DNA of 59,405 bases from Spirochaetota bacterium. Its GTDB lineage: Bacteria > Spirochaetota > Spirochaetia > Treponematales > UBA12059. The stretch's first letter is position 1, and every line of letters starts with the position of its first letter. The DNA lies in NCBI GenBank assembly GCA_003247225.1, contig QKAK01000098.1, forward strand, positions 1-59,405, read 5' to 3'. Positions 17,110 through 27,129 of this stretch are shown in pieces. Made by a program: the position numbers and the translations under genes. The notes beneath the pieces are model-generated. The model had not been told where the DNA came from. It ran no database searches and saw only the letters and a list, made by a program, of their open reading frames with translations.

Positions 17110-18597
17110 ATGGAGGTTCCCGTGAACGAGTCTATGATCTTCGGAAACGAGCTGCCCAAGCGCGCCCTCAGGAGGGCCGATCGATCGCTCAGGTCGATGG
17201 CCAGGCGATTCTCGTTCGATCCCGCCGATTATCCCAGGCTGAGCGCCGAGCCGATGCCGGGCGCCTACGAGGCGTTCGGCGTGATGAGGCTCGAGGAGGC
17301 GAAGCCGGGCGCCCCGATCGTCCCGCCCGACCCCGGGAAGGGAATCGCGCTCGGCACGATACGCATGGGCTTCGGGCACTACCGCATCGGCCTGGCCATC
17401 GCGTCGGCCGCCCGCTCGATGGGCCTGACGCCGTACTGGCTAGACCTTATGTCCTTCCCGGACAGCGCCGCGAGCAAGACCATCAAGTACCTCGAGGACC
17501 TGTACAACCTCGGCTCCAGGCTGTCGCAGCGCTCGAGGCTGTTCGACCGCTACGTCTGGGACCGCATCACCTCGACGACGGCCAAGCGCCTGTCGTACAC
17601 CGCCCGCGACCGCGCGCTGTCGACCCTGTTCGAGCCGATCCTGCGCGACCTCCCGAAGGGCATGCCGTTCATGTCGACCCACCCGTGGACCGGCCAGGCC
17701 GCCGTCCGCGCCGGCATGGAGGGCGTCGTCGCCCTGATCCCGGATAATTACCCGCTCGCGTTCCACCTGGTCGAGGGCGCCGTGCATACGGTCCAGGCGC
17801 CTTCGCTGTACATGGGCTACCGCACGCTGCGCGACATGGGCGGCGGAGAGGAGCTGTTCCACGCGCTGCCCAAGGACGACATACGCTGCGTCGGCCACTA
17901 CGTCGACCACGAGATCGTCTCCGGCGTCGAGGAGGACTGCGCCGCCAGGCTCAGGCGCATCAAGGACCGTTCGACCAGGCGATTCCTGCTGACGATGGGC
18001 GGCGCCGGCGCCCAGGCCAGGCGCTTCGCCGACATCGCGCACGCCTGCAAGGGCGGCATCGAGAAGGGGAAGGTGTCGCTCTTCATAAACATGGGCGACC
18101 ACGCGGGGCGCTGGGCCGAGCTGAAGGCCTGGCTCGACCAGGACGGCGTGCCGTACGAGATGCACGACGACTGGGAGTCGACCAAGGCCTTCGCCGAGGA
18201 GGCGCGGACGGCGCCGGTCAGGGGCGTGCACGTCTTCCTGCACGACAACTTCTTCGCGGCGGTCTATACGACGAACATCCTGATGCGCGTCGCCGACCTG
18301 ATGATCACGAAGCCGAGCGAGCTGTCGGTCTACCCGGTGCCGAAGCTGTTCATCCAGCACGTCGGCCGCCACGAGGTCTGGGGCGCGATACGCGGCTCGG
18401 AGCTCGGCGACGGCACGCTCGAGACCGAGTCGGACGCGAGCCTCAGGCAGGCGCTCAGGCTGCTCGTCGAGGAGGACGACCTCCTGGAGATGTACTGCGG
18501 CAACATCCTCAAGAACCACCGCGCCGGCGTCTACGACGGGGCCTACGGCGCGGTGCACCTGGCGCTGGAACGGCGGTCGGACAAGGCGCGGCGGTAG
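17110..18597 (+). CDS. GT-B glycosyltransferase, MGDG-synthase/UgtP-like (divergent)
   Basis: 495 aa. GFGHYRIGLAIASAA (the G-x-GH of MGDG_synth N-domains), TMGGAGAQ, and ITKPSELS (compare ITKPGG). The true start may be the GTG at 17122, 5 nt after GGAGG (17112-17116). Confidence 0.5.
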   Translation: MEVPVNESMIFGNELPKRALRRADRSLRSMARRFSFDPADYPRLSAEPMPGAYEAFGVMRLEEAKPGAPIVPPDPGKGIALGTIRMGFGHYRIGLAIASAARSMGLTPYWLDLMSFPDSAASKTIKYLEDLYNLGSRLSQRSRLFDRYVWDRITSTTAKRLSYTARDRALSTLFEPILRDLPKGMPFMSTHPWTGQAAVRAGMEGVVALIPDNYPLAFHLVEGAVHTVQAPSLYMGYRTLRDMGGGEELFHALPKDDIRCVGHYVDHEIVSGVEEDCAARLRRIKDRSTRRFLLTMGGAGAQARRFADIAHACKGGIEKGKVSLFINMGDHAGRWAELKAWLDQDGVPYEMHDDWESTKAFAEEARTAPVRGVHVFLHDNFFAAVYTTNILMRVADLMITKPSELSVYPVPKLFIQHVGRHEVWGAIRGSELGDGTLETESDASLRQALRLLVEEDDLLEMYCGNILKNHRAGVYDGAYGAVHLALERRSDKARR

Positions 18598-18623
18598 CCG
18601 CGTCGCGGCGCGGCCGCGGCGGG

Positions 18624-19607
18624 CTAGGCCAGGTGGCAGGCCACCCGGTGGCCGTCTCCCATGTCGCGCAGCGGCGGCCGGCGCGAGCGGCAGACCGGCT
18701 CGGCGATCGGGCAGCGGTCGGCGAAGCGGCACTCGTCCCTCGGATTGACCGGGCTCGGTATCTCGCCCTTGAGCGGGATGCGCGCCCGGCCCCTGGCTAC
18801 GCGCGGGTCCGCCTCCGGGATGGCCGAGAATAGCGCCCTGGTGTACGGGTGCAGGGGGCTCCTGTACAGTTCCGACGCCCCGGCCTGCTCGACGACGGTG
18901 CCGAGGTACATCACGATCACGCGGTCGGAGATGTACTTGACCACCGAGAGGTCGTGCGCGACGAACAGGTAGGTCAGGCCGCGCTCGGCCTGCAGCCGCT
19001 TGAGCATGTTGATCACCTGGGCCTGGATCGACACGTCGAGCGCCGAGATCGGCTCGTCGCAGACGATGAAGCGCGGGTCGACCGACAGCGCCCTGGCTAT
19101 CCCGATGCGCTGCCGCTGGCCTCCGGAGAATTCGTGCGGGAAGCGCGACATGTGCTCGGCCCCGAGCCCTACCGTGCGGAGGAGCTCGACGATGCGCTCG
19201 TCGCGCTCCTTCTGGCCGAGCCGGCCGACGAGCGCGAAGCCCTCGCCGACGATATCCTTGACCGTCATGCGCGGGTTCAGCGACGAATAGGGGTTCTGGA
19301 AGACCATCTGCATGCCCTTGCAGAGGCGGCGCTTCCGCTCCCTGTCGGCGGACCGCGACCCGGCCGGCGCGTAGACGTCCTCGCCGGCGAAGCGCACCGC
19401 GCCGGCCGTCGGCTCGTGCAGGCGGACGATGCAGCGGCCGGTCGTGGACTTGCCGCAGCCCGACTCGCCGACGAGGCCGACGGTCTCGCCCTCGCGGACG
19501 TCGAAGCTGACGTCGTCCACCGCCTTGAGCACCTCGGTCCGGCTCATGCGGAAATGCTTGGACAGGCCGCTCACCGACAGGAGCGGCTCCCTCTCGGCTA
19601 CGCTCAT
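18624..19607 (-). CDS. Peptide ABC transporter ATP-binding protein (OppF/DppF type)
   Basis: Start MSVAEREPLLSVSGLSKHF at 19607, overlapping the upstream gene's stop. GESGCGKST, FSGGQRQR, and a C-terminal oligopeptide-type extension with Cys residues. Confidence 0.9.
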   Translation of the reverse strand: MSVAEREPLLSVSGLSKHFRMSRTEVLKAVDDVSFDVREGETVGLVGESGCGKSTTGRCIVRLHEPTAGAVRFAGEDVYAPAGSRSADRERKRRLCKGMQMVFQNPYSSLNPRMTVKDIVGEGFALVGRLGQKERDERIVELLRTVGLGAEHMSRFPHEFSGGQRQRIGIARALSVDPRFIVCDEPISALDVSIQAQVINMLKRLQAERGLTYLFVAHDLSVVKYISDRVIVMYLGTVVEQAGASELYRSPLHPYTRALFSAIPEADPRVARGRARIPLKGEIPSPVNPRDECRFADRCPIAEPVCRSRRPPLRDMGDGHRVACHLA

Positions 19608-20629
19608 ACGGCGGCCTCCGGGGCGCAGCGCGCCGGCAGCTCGACGGGCTCGGCGTACTCGTGCCGGAGCCAGCAGGAGACGCGGTGCCCGCCCTCGAGG
19701 CGGTACTCGGGCGCGGGCGACTCCCTGCAGACGCGCATCGCGTAGTCGCAGCGCGCCGCGAACGGGCATCCGGGCGGCGGCGAGAACAGGTCGGGCGGAG
19801 TGCCCTCGATGGCCTTGAGCTCCTCGTCGCAGTCGGTCTCGAGCCGCGCCACCGAGCCGAGCAGGCCGGCGGTATAGGGGTGGGCCGTACGGTAGAATAT
19901 ATCCTCGGCGCCGCCGCTCTCGACGACCTTGCCGCCGTACATCACGTACACGCGGTCGCACATCTTGGCTATCACGCCGAGGTCGTGGGTGATGAGCACG
20001 ATCGCGGTGCCGAGCTTACGGCGAAGGTCGTCGAGCAGCTCGAGTATCTGGGCCTCTATCGTCACGTCGAGCGACGTGGTCGGCTCGTCGGCTATGATCA
20101 GGCTCGGCCTGCCGACGAGGGCCATCGCTATCATCACGCGCTGCTTCATGCCGCCGGACAGCTCGTGCGGGTACTGCTCGCGCCGCCTGGCCACGTCCGA
20201 TATGCCCACCAGCGCGAGCATCTCGTCGGCCCGCGAGCGGGCCTCGCGCCGGCTGACGCCCGGCCTGCCGGCGAAGACCTCCTCGACCTGCGCTCCGACG
20301 CGCATCGTCGGGTTCAGGTAGGTCATCGGGTCCTGGAACACGAAGCCTATCTCCGCGCCGCGCATCCGGCGCAGCTCGCGCTCGCCCTTCGCGAACACGT
20401 CCTCGCCCTTGTAGAGCATGCGCCCGCCGCGGCGGAATCCCGGCGGCTCCGGGTTGAGCCTGAGCGCGCACTGCGCGGTGACGCTCTTGCCGCAGCCGGA
20501 CTCGCCGACTATGCCGACGACCTCGCCCGGCATCACCTCGAAGGAGACGCCGCGCACGGCCTGGACCTCGCCTCCGTAGGTCCTGAACGAGTAGCTGAGG
20601 TCCTGTACGTCCAATATCGCTTCCGGCAC
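19604..20629 (-). CDS. Peptide ABC transporter ATP-binding protein (OppD/DppD type)
   Basis: 341 aa. GESGCGKSV, LSGGMKQR, and the C-terminal oligo_HPY region (HPYTAGLL). Confidence 0.9.
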   Translation of the reverse strand: MPEAILDVQDLSYSFRTYGGEVQAVRGVSFEVMPGEVVGIVGESGCGKSVTAQCALRLNPEPPGFRRGGRMLYKGEDVFAKGERELRRMRGAEIGFVFQDPMTYLNPTMRVGAQVEEVFAGRPGVSRREARSRADEMLALVGISDVARRREQYPHELSGGMKQRVMIAMALVGRPSLIIADEPTTSLDVTIEAQILELLDDLRRKLGTAIVLITHDLGVIAKMCDRVYVMYGGKVVESGGAEDIFYRTAHPYTAGLLGSVARLETDCDEELKAIEGTPPDLFSPPPGCPFAARCDYAMRVCRESPAPEYRLEGGHRVSCWLRHEYAEPVELPARCAPEAAV

Positions 20630-20647
20630 CGTATGCTCCTGGTAGTA

Positions 20648-21580
20648 CTATTCGCCGCGCAGGCGCGGGTCGAGCGCGTCCCGGAGGCCGTCGCCCAAGA
20701 GGTTCAGCGCGAGCATCGTCGTGCTGATGAAGAAGGCCGGGAAGAACAGCTTGAGCGGGTAGATGGACAGGGTCTGCGATCCCTCGCGGGCCAGGAGGCC
20801 CCAGCTGCATTCCGGCGGCTGTATGCCGAGGCCTATGAAGCTGAGGAAGGCCTCGGTGAAGATGGCGTTCGGTATCGCCATCATGGTGTTCGTGATTATG
20901 AGGCCCATCAGGTTGGGCATGATGTGGCGGACCAGTATCGTCGCGTCGGACGCGCCGAGCACGCGGGCCGCGGCCACGAAGTCGCTCTCCTTGACGCGCA
21001 TCACCTCGCCGCGCACGAAGCGGGCCATGCCTATCCAGCGCGTCACGACCATCGCCACGATCAGGGAGCCCATGCCCGGCTCCATGACCACCATCATCAG
21101 TATGGCGACGATGATGTACGGTATCCCGTAGAGCACGTCGACGACGCGCATCAGGACCATGTCGACCGCGCCGCCGTAGTAGCCGGCCACGCCGCCGATC
21201 AGCCCGCCGACGAGCGTGTTGAGCAGGGTCGCGACGAAGCCTATCATCAGGGAGGTGCGGGCGCCCATCCAGACCCGCGACCAGAGGTCGCGGCCGAGCA
21301 TGTCGGTGCCGAACCAGTGCGCGGCGCTCGGCAGCGCGTCGGTGGCCTTGGCGTCGGTGGCGGTATACGAGTAGCTCGTCATCCAGGGCCCGACGACCGC
21401 CATGACCACGTACAGGCCGACCACGCACAGCGCGAAGACGGCCATGCGGTTAGCCTTGAGGCGCCGCCACGCGTCCTGCCAGTAGGTCAGGTTGGGGCGC
21501 TCGATCGCCTCCATGCCCGCCCTGTCCTTGCCGACGCGCTCGAAGAGGCTCCTGTCCGGAGCGTCGCCTATCGCTTCCAT
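20648..21580 (-). CDS. Peptide ABC transporter permease (OppC/DppC type)
   Basis: 310 aa, with the N-terminal OppC_N-like segment (WQDAWRRLKANRMAVFAL) and an EAA-loop region. Confidence 0.88.
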   Translation of the reverse strand: MEAIGDAPDRSLFERVGKDRAGMEAIERPNLTYWQDAWRRLKANRMAVFALCVVGLYVVMAVVGPWMTSYSYTATDAKATDALPSAAHWFGTDMLGRDLWSRVWMGARTSLMIGFVATLLNTLVGGLIGGVAGYYGGAVDMVLMRVVDVLYGIPYIIVAILMMVVMEPGMGSLIVAMVVTRWIGMARFVRGEVMRVKESDFVAAARVLGASDATILVRHIMPNLMGLIITNTMMAIPNAIFTEAFLSFIGLGIQPPECSWGLLAREGSQTLSIYPLKLFFPAFFISTTMLALNLLGDGLRDALDPRLRGE

Positions 21581-21581
21581 G

Positions 21582-22502
21582 CTACCCCCTCGCCACGCGG
21601 ATACGCGGGTCGACGATGCCGTACAGGACGTCGACTATCAGGTTGGCCGTCACGAGGAAGGCCCCGAAGAAGACCGTCATGCCGAGCACCAGCGTGTAGT
21701 CGAGCGACTGGACGCTGGAGACGTAGAACTTGCCCATGCCCGGTATGGCGAAGATCGACTCGATCACGAAGGTGCCGGTCAGCACGCTCGCGGTGATCGG
21801 GCCGAGGACCGTGACGATGGGCAGGATGGCGTTCCGTATCATGTGCTTGCGCACGATGCGGAAGCGCGACGCGCCCTTCGCCCTGGCGGTCTTGACGTAG
21901 TCCTGCTGCACCACCTCGAGCATGCTCGAGCGCATCAGGCGCGAGACGAGCGCCAGCGTGTAGAAGCCGAGCCCCACCGACGGCAGGATCGTGTACGCGA
22001 AGCCCTTGTACTGCGCGATCGGCAGCAGGCCCCAGCGGATGCCGAAGAAGTACTGCAGCACGTAGCCCATGATGAAGTCGGGGATCGAGGTGCCGATGAT
22101 CGCGACGACGACGCAGACGGCGTCGATCGGCTTCTTGCGGTTCAGCGCCGACACGACGCCGAGCGTCAGGCCTACGGACACGGCTATCGCGAGCGCCCTG
22201 AGGCCGAGGTCGGCCGAGTACGGGAAGGCCTTGGCGATGATCTCGTTGACCGTCACGTTGGCGTACTTCATCGAGTAGCCGAGGTCGCCCCGGACGAGGC
22301 GGCCCATATAGGTCAGGTACTGCTCGAGGACGGGCTTATCGAAGCCGTAGTAGCGCTCGAGGTTCTGCCTGACCTGCGGCGTCATCTTCTCGCTGGAGAA
22401 CGGGTCGCCCGGCATGAGCCTGACGAGAGCGAATACCACCGTCACGAGCACGAGCAGCGTCGCCAGAGAAATGAGTATGCGTTTCAGTATGTATCGTCCC
22501 AC
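21582..22502 (-). CDS. Peptide ABC transporter permease (OppB/DppB type)
   Basis: 306 aa starting MGRYILKRILISLATLLVLVTVVFALVRLMPGDPF, the canonical OppB N-terminus. Confidence 0.9.
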   Translation of the reverse strand: MGRYILKRILISLATLLVLVTVVFALVRLMPGDPFSSEKMTPQVRQNLERYYGFDKPVLEQYLTYMGRLVRGDLGYSMKYANVTVNEIIAKAFPYSADLGLRALAIAVSVGLTLGVVSALNRKKPIDAVCVVVAIIGTSIPDFIMGYVLQYFFGIRWGLLPIAQYKGFAYTILPSVGLGFYTLALVSRLMRSSMLEVVQQDYVKTARAKGASRFRIVRKHMIRNAILPIVTVLGPITASVLTGTFVIESIFAIPGMGKFYVSSVQSLDYTLVLGMTVFFGAFLVTANLIVDVLYGIVDPRIRVARG

Positions 22503-22528
22503 GGCCCACCTCGGCGCTGTATTCGGAA

Positions 22529-22565
22529 CCCGGTCCCCGGCTAAGGAGTGACGCCGGGGACCGGG
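22529..22565 (-). promoter_or_regulatory. Perfect 13-bp stem-loop between the binding-protein and permease genes
   Basis: CCCGGTCCCCGGC (22529-22541) / GCCGGGGACCGGG (22553-22565). No T-tract. Confidence 0.45.
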
Positions 22566-22586
22566 AAATAGTGACTGGGGCCTCGG

Positions 22587-24197
22587 CTACTTGGACGCCC
22601 TATCGGCGTGCACGAGGTCGTAGTTGGTGCCGATGAAGTACGTGCCCACGCCGGTGAAGGCCGGGTTGACGAGCAGCGACTCGCGGCGCAGCTGCATCGG
22701 TACGATGGCGCCGTCGGCGAGCAGTTCCTTCTCGGCGGCGAACAGGGCGTCCATGCGGGCGCGCTTGTCGGTGCTCTTCCTGGCGAAGGCCACGTACTCG
22801 TCGTACTTGGCGCTCCGGTACGAGCCGTGGTTGTACGGCGAGTCGCTCGTCCACAGCTCCAGGTAGGTCATCGGGTCGGAGTAGTCGGGCGCCCAGCCGG
22901 TGAACACGGTCTCGAAGGTCTTCTTGCTCTCCATGTCCAGGCGCTGGCGGTACGGCACCTGCTTGACGACGACCTTGATGCCGAGGTTCTTCTGCCACTG
23001 GTCCTGCACGATCTCGGCCTGGGCCCGCGAGCGGTCGGTGTCGGAGGTCAGGAACTCGATCTCGATCGAGGACGGGTCGGCGACGCCGAGCCTCGCCATG
23101 GCCTTGGCCAGGTGGTCCTTGGCCTTGGCGACGTCGGCGCGGACGCCGAAGCCGGGCAGCGGGTACTCGGTGCCGTAGGCGGCGTCCACGCCGGCGACCT
23201 GCGGCAGCACGTAGCGCGGGTTGGCGTCGTAGAGGCCCTTCGTCGTGATGTCGACGAAGTCCTGCCTGTCGACGGCGTAGTTGAGCGCGAGCCTGAAGTC
23301 CCTGTCGGACAGCGGGCCCTTGGAGGCCATGTTCAGCTTGATGAAGTCGTTGGAGCCGTCGTAGTAGTAGACGACGCGGTCCTTGTACTTCTCGACGAAG
23401 GCCGGGGGAACGCGTACCAGGTCGAGGTCGCCGGCGTCGAACATCGCGAGCGCGGTGTTCTCGTCGGGCACGATCAGGATGTCGATCTCGTCGAGCGCGA
23501 TCGAGTCGGCGTTCCAGTAGTTCGGGTTCTTGACGAGGATCATGCGGTCCTCGCGGGCCCATTCCTTGACCATGAACGGCCCGTCGTACACGTTCTTGTC
23601 GGGCGTCGCGGCGAAGTCCTTGCCGTAGCGCTCGACGAGGTCCGGCCTGGTGGCGCAGAACTGGCACATCGACAGCATGCCGAGGAAGTAGTCGGCGGGA
23701 TATGCCAGGCGCAGCTCGACGGTCTTGTCGTCGACGGCCCTGACGCCGAGCTTCTCGACGGGCATCTTGCCGGAGTTGACGGCGTCGGCGTTCTCGATGA
23801 GGAGCCCGAGGAACGAGTAGGGGCTGGCGGCGGCGGGGTCCATCAGCCGGCGGATGCCGTACTCGAATTCCTGGGCCTTGATCGGCTGGCCGTCGCTCCA
23901 CTTGGCGTCGCGCAGCTTGAAGACGTAGACGAGGCCGTCGTCGGAGACGGTCCACGACTCGGCGATGCCCGGCTTGACCGCGCCGTTGTCCATGCGCGTC
24001 AGGCCGTCGAAGATATGGAACGCCACCGTGGCGGAGGGCATCGAGTTGCCCATCTGCGGGTCGAGCGTCGGGATGTCCGACGCGTACGAGAAGCGGAAGA
24101 CCTTGGGCGACGCGGCCTCGGCCTTCTCCGCCTTCGGGGCGCATCCGGTCGCGGCGAGCGCCAGGGCGCACGCGACGACCACGAGCGATCGTTTCAT
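22587..24197 (-). CDS. Peptide ABC transporter substrate-binding lipoprotein (family 5 SBP)
   Basis: 536 aa. Signal peptide plus lipobox LAATGC, and a family-5 SBP-like sequence throughout. Confidence 0.9.
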   Translation of the reverse strand: MKRSLVVVACALALAATGCAPKAEKAEAASPKVFRFSYASDIPTLDPQMGNSMPSATVAFHIFDGLTRMDNGAVKPGIAESWTVSDDGLVYVFKLRDAKWSDGQPIKAQEFEYGIRRLMDPAAASPYSFLGLLIENADAVNSGKMPVEKLGVRAVDDKTVELRLAYPADYFLGMLSMCQFCATRPDLVERYGKDFAATPDKNVYDGPFMVKEWAREDRMILVKNPNYWNADSIALDEIDILIVPDENTALAMFDAGDLDLVRVPPAFVEKYKDRVVYYYDGSNDFIKLNMASKGPLSDRDFRLALNYAVDRQDFVDITTKGLYDANPRYVLPQVAGVDAAYGTEYPLPGFGVRADVAKAKDHLAKAMARLGVADPSSIEIEFLTSDTDRSRAQAEIVQDQWQKNLGIKVVVKQVPYRQRLDMESKKTFETVFTGWAPDYSDPMTYLELWTSDSPYNHGSYRSAKYDEYVAFARKSTDKRARMDALFAAEKELLADGAIVPMQLRRESLLVNPAFTGVGTYFIGTNYDLVHADRASK

Positions 24198-24206
24198 ATT
24201 TGCCTC

Positions 24207-25280
24207 CTATATCTCCAGGAGTTCCTTCGTGGAGCTCGTGAAGTCATCGTATCCGTCCTTCGTCACCAACAGCTGGTCCTCGATGCGCACGCCGCCCCAG
24301 TCGGGCACGTATATGCCCGGCTCGACGGTCATCACCATGCCCTCCGCGAGCGCGTCGTCGGAGCGCGGGCTCAGGAAGGGCAGCTCGTGGACGAACAGGC
24401 CTATGCCGTGGCCTATGCCCGTGTAGTGGTAGCCGAAGTACTTGGTTCCCTCGATCGGCTTGGTCGACGCGGCGAACACGTCCTTGGAGCGGACGCCCGG
24501 CCTGATCGCCGCGAGCGTCGCCTCGACCATCGCGCGCTCGTACTCGTATACCTCGCGCTGCTCGTCGGTCGCCTTGCCGACGACGACGGTCCTCGTCATG
24601 TCCGCCAGGTAGCCGCGGTACTGCCCGCCGAAGTCGATCAGCACGAAGTCGCCCTTCTCAACGGGCTTCTCGGAGGGTATGCCGTGCAGCAGCGACGTCC
24701 GCTTGCCGGAGATCAGGATGCCGCCGTACGGCTTGGTATCCGAGCCCTCGCGGACGAGGTGCAGCGCGAGCAGGGCCGCCAGCTCCTTCTCGGTCCTGCC
24801 GGGACGGATGTCGTCGAGCAGCCTCGCCAGCGCGCGGTCGGCGATGGCGCAGGACTCGCGCAGCTTGGCTATCTCGTCGGGCCGCTTGATCTTGCGGTAC
24901 TCCTCGACGACGCCCGCCGTCGGCGCCAGCCTGGCGCCTTCGCCGAAGGCCTCCGCCATCGCCGCGTGCGCCTGGAAGGTCATGTAGTCGGCCTCGAAGC
25001 CGACGGCCTTCAGGCCGGCCTTCTTGGCGAGCGACGCGAGCGCGCCGGGTAGCGTCGGGGACTCGTCGCGCCAGTTGACGATCGATAGCTCGGGGCATTC
25101 CTGCGCCGCCTGCTCGGTATAGCGCGGATCGGTGACGAACAGCGTACGGGCCGCGGTAACCAGCAGGTAGGAGTCCTCGCCCGTATACCCGGACAGGTAG
25201 CGGACGTTCTCCGTCCGCATCACGATGAAGCCGTCCAGGCCCTCGGAGCGGAGATATTCGACTAGCTTGGTCAAAGGCAC
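24207..25280 (-). CDS. M24-family Xaa-Pro aminopeptidase/dipeptidase
   Basis: Probable GTG start at 25280, 5 nt after GGAGGA. Creatinase-like N-domain, then the metal-ligand context DFGGQYRGYLADMTRT, HGIGLFVHE, and EPGIY...IED. It ends 9 nt before the SBP gene and is probably co-transcribed. Confidence 0.85.
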   Translation of the reverse strand: MPLTKLVEYLRSEGLDGFIVMRTENVRYLSGYTGEDSYLLVTAARTLFVTDPRYTEQAAQECPELSIVNWRDESPTLPGALASLAKKAGLKAVGFEADYMTFQAHAAMAEAFGEGARLAPTAGVVEEYRKIKRPDEIAKLRESCAIADRALARLLDDIRPGRTEKELAALLALHLVREGSDTKPYGGILISGKRTSLLHGIPSEKPVEKGDFVLIDFGGQYRGYLADMTRTVVVGKATDEQREVYEYERAMVEATLAAIRPGVRSKDVFAASTKPIEGTKYFGYHYTGIGHGIGLFVHELPFLSPRSDDALAEGMVMTVEPGIYVPDWGGVRIEDQLLVTKDGYDDFTSSTKELLEI

Positions 25281-25457
25281 TGCGATCCTCCAGATACACA
25301 CCTAGTATTCAAGTCATATACATCTGATATATCAGGCTATAATAAACGCATATCCCCACAAGTCAAGCGAAAAATATCGACCCTTCCCCGAATCCTCGCG
25401 AAGGCGCCTATCGGCGCCCACCTTGCGCGGTACGGCCCGCGAGGCGTATGATCGGAC

Positions 25458-25982
25458 ATGGACAAGTACCGATTCACCTACCAGGCCATCCACCGCACGG
25501 TACGCGACCTAGCGGATCGCGTCCTGGCGGCCGGATACGAGACGGACATCATCGTCGCCATAGGCTCGGGCGGCTTCATACCGGCCCGCATGCTGCGCAC
25601 CTTCATCAACAAGCCCATCCTCGCGGTCGGCATCGCCTACTACGACCAGAACAACCAGCCGACCGACAACCCGCGCAAGGTGCAGTGGATCGAGGAGGCC
25701 GAGCGCCAGCTCAAGGGCAAGCGCATCCTGCTCGTCGACGAGGTCGACGACTCGCGCGTCACGCTCGAGTACTGCGTGCGCGAGCTGCTGTCGCACCGGC
25801 CGGAGTCGGTCGCCGTGGCGGTGCTGCACAACAAGCTCAAGGAGAAGCGCGGCGCGATGCCTCCCGAGGTTAAGCTCTACTTGTCCGGGCTAGACATCGA
25901 GGACAGGTGGGTCTGCTACCCATGGGACGCCAAGGACATCGACCAGCACGACCGCGACGCGGCGGCGACCGGGCAGGCATGA
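25458..25982 (+). CDS. Phosphoribosyltransferase (purine PRT-like)
   Basis: 174 aa with a PRPP-binding loop context ILLVDEVDDSRVTL. Confidence 0.8.
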   Translation: MDKYRFTYQAIHRTVRDLADRVLAAGYETDIIVAIGSGGFIPARMLRTFINKPILAVGIAYYDQNNQPTDNPRKVQWIEEAERQLKGKRILLVDEVDDSRVTLEYCVRELLSHRPESVAVAVLHNKLKEKRGAMPPEVKLYLSGLDIEDRWVCYPWDAKDIDQHDRDAAATGQA

Positions 25983-26635
25983 CGGCGCCGGGCGCCGGAG
26001 GCCCCGGACAAGGGGCGTCCCCCGACGTCTTCGCGCGCAAGGCGGCGCTGCGCGGGGCGGCCAAGGCCGCGCTGGCTGCCGTGACGCCCGAGCGCCGCGC
26101 GGCCGCCGGCGCCGACGCGGCGGCCCGGGCCCGCGCCCGCCCGGAGTGGCGGGGCGCCGAGCTCGTGCTCGCCTTCCTGTCGATGCCTTCGGAGATCGAT
26201 ACCGCGCCGGTTATCGAGGCCGCCCTAGCCGACGGCAAGCGGGTCGCGGTGCCGCGCATCGACGGCGACGACATAGCCTTCGTCGAGCTCTCGCCCGGCT
26301 GGCGGGACTGGCCGCGCGACCGCTGGGACATCCCGGCGCCGCCGGCCGAGGCTCCGGCCATATCGCCGGACGGGATAGCCGGGCTGGCGACCCTGGCGCT
26401 CGTGCCCGGCCTGGCCTTCGACCGATCGGGCGGGCGGCTGGGACGCGGCAAGGGCTTCTACGACCGCTTCCTGGCGTCGGTAGCCGCGTCGCGCTCCGCG
26501 GCCGCGGCGCGGTCGCCTAGCCACTCGGCGCCCTTCGTCGCGATAGGCTACGGCTACGAGTCCCAAATCGTCGATTCGGTGCCGACCGACGAACGCGACC
26601 TGCCGCTCGACGGGCTCGCCCTCGGCCGGGCATAG
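25979..26635 (+). CDS. 5-formyltetrahydrofolate cyclo-ligase
   Basis: Start MTAPGAGG at 25979 (ATGA overlap with the PRT stop). LVPGLAFDRSGGRLGRGKGFYDRFL is the family signature. Confidence 0.85.
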   Translation: MTAPGAGGPGQGASPDVFARKAALRGAAKAALAAVTPERRAAAGADAAARARARPEWRGAELVLAFLSMPSEIDTAPVIEAALADGKRVAVPRIDGDDIAFVELSPGWRDWPRDRWDIPAPPAEAPAISPDGIAGLATLALVPGLAFDRSGGRLGRGKGFYDRFLASVAASRSAAAARSPSHSAPFVAIGYGYESQIVDSVPTDERDLPLDGLALGRA

Positions 26636-26652
26636 CTATCAAGGAGATACGG

Positions 26653-27129
26653 ATGGAAGCCAAGAAACGCGTGGCGCTGGTGGCGCACGACAACAGGAAG
26701 ATGGACCTCGTCGGCTGGGTCGAGTATAACTGGCGGTCGCTGCTCAGGCACGAGCTCGTCTGCACCGGCACGACCGGCCGCCTGGTAGCGGAGACCATCG
26801 AGCGCAAGCGCTCGACCGAGGGCGGCGCGAAGGCCCCCGCCTCGAGCATCACGCTGCTCAAGTCCGGCCCGCTCGGCGGAGACCAGCAGCTCGGCGCGAT
26901 GATAGCGGAGGGCCGGATCGACGCGGTGATCTTCTTCTGGGACCCGATGTCGCCGCAGCCCCACGACGTCGACGTCAAGGCGCTCCTGCGCATCGCGGTG
27001 GTCTACAACATCCCGATGGCCTGCAACCGCTCCACCGCCGACTTCATGATCTCCAGCCCGCTGTTCGAGCGGGCCTACGAGCCCATCGTCAAGGACTACA
27101 GCGCCTATATCCAGAGGAAGGTCGACTAG
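26653..27129 (+). CDS. mgsA: Methylglyoxal synthase
   Basis: 158 aa. VALVAHDNRK, CTGTTG, GPLGGDQQ, and FFWDPMSPQPHDVDVKALLR. Confidence 0.93.
   Translation: MEAKKRVALVAHDNRKMDLVGWVEYNWRSLLRHELVCTGTTGRLVAETIERKRSTEGGAKAPASSITLLKSGPLGGDQQLGAMIAEGRIDAVIFFWDPMSPQPHDVDVKALLRIAVVYNIPMACNRSTADFMISSPLFERAYEPIVKDYSAYIQRKVD

Noticed and set aside
25324-25343. Perfect 12-bp palindrome CTGATATATCAG next to a TATAAT hexamer upstream of the phosphoribosyltransferase gene
   Set aside because: No matching -35 and no regulator I can associate with it. In an AT-rich promoter region a palindrome of this type can arise by chance. Noted but not called.
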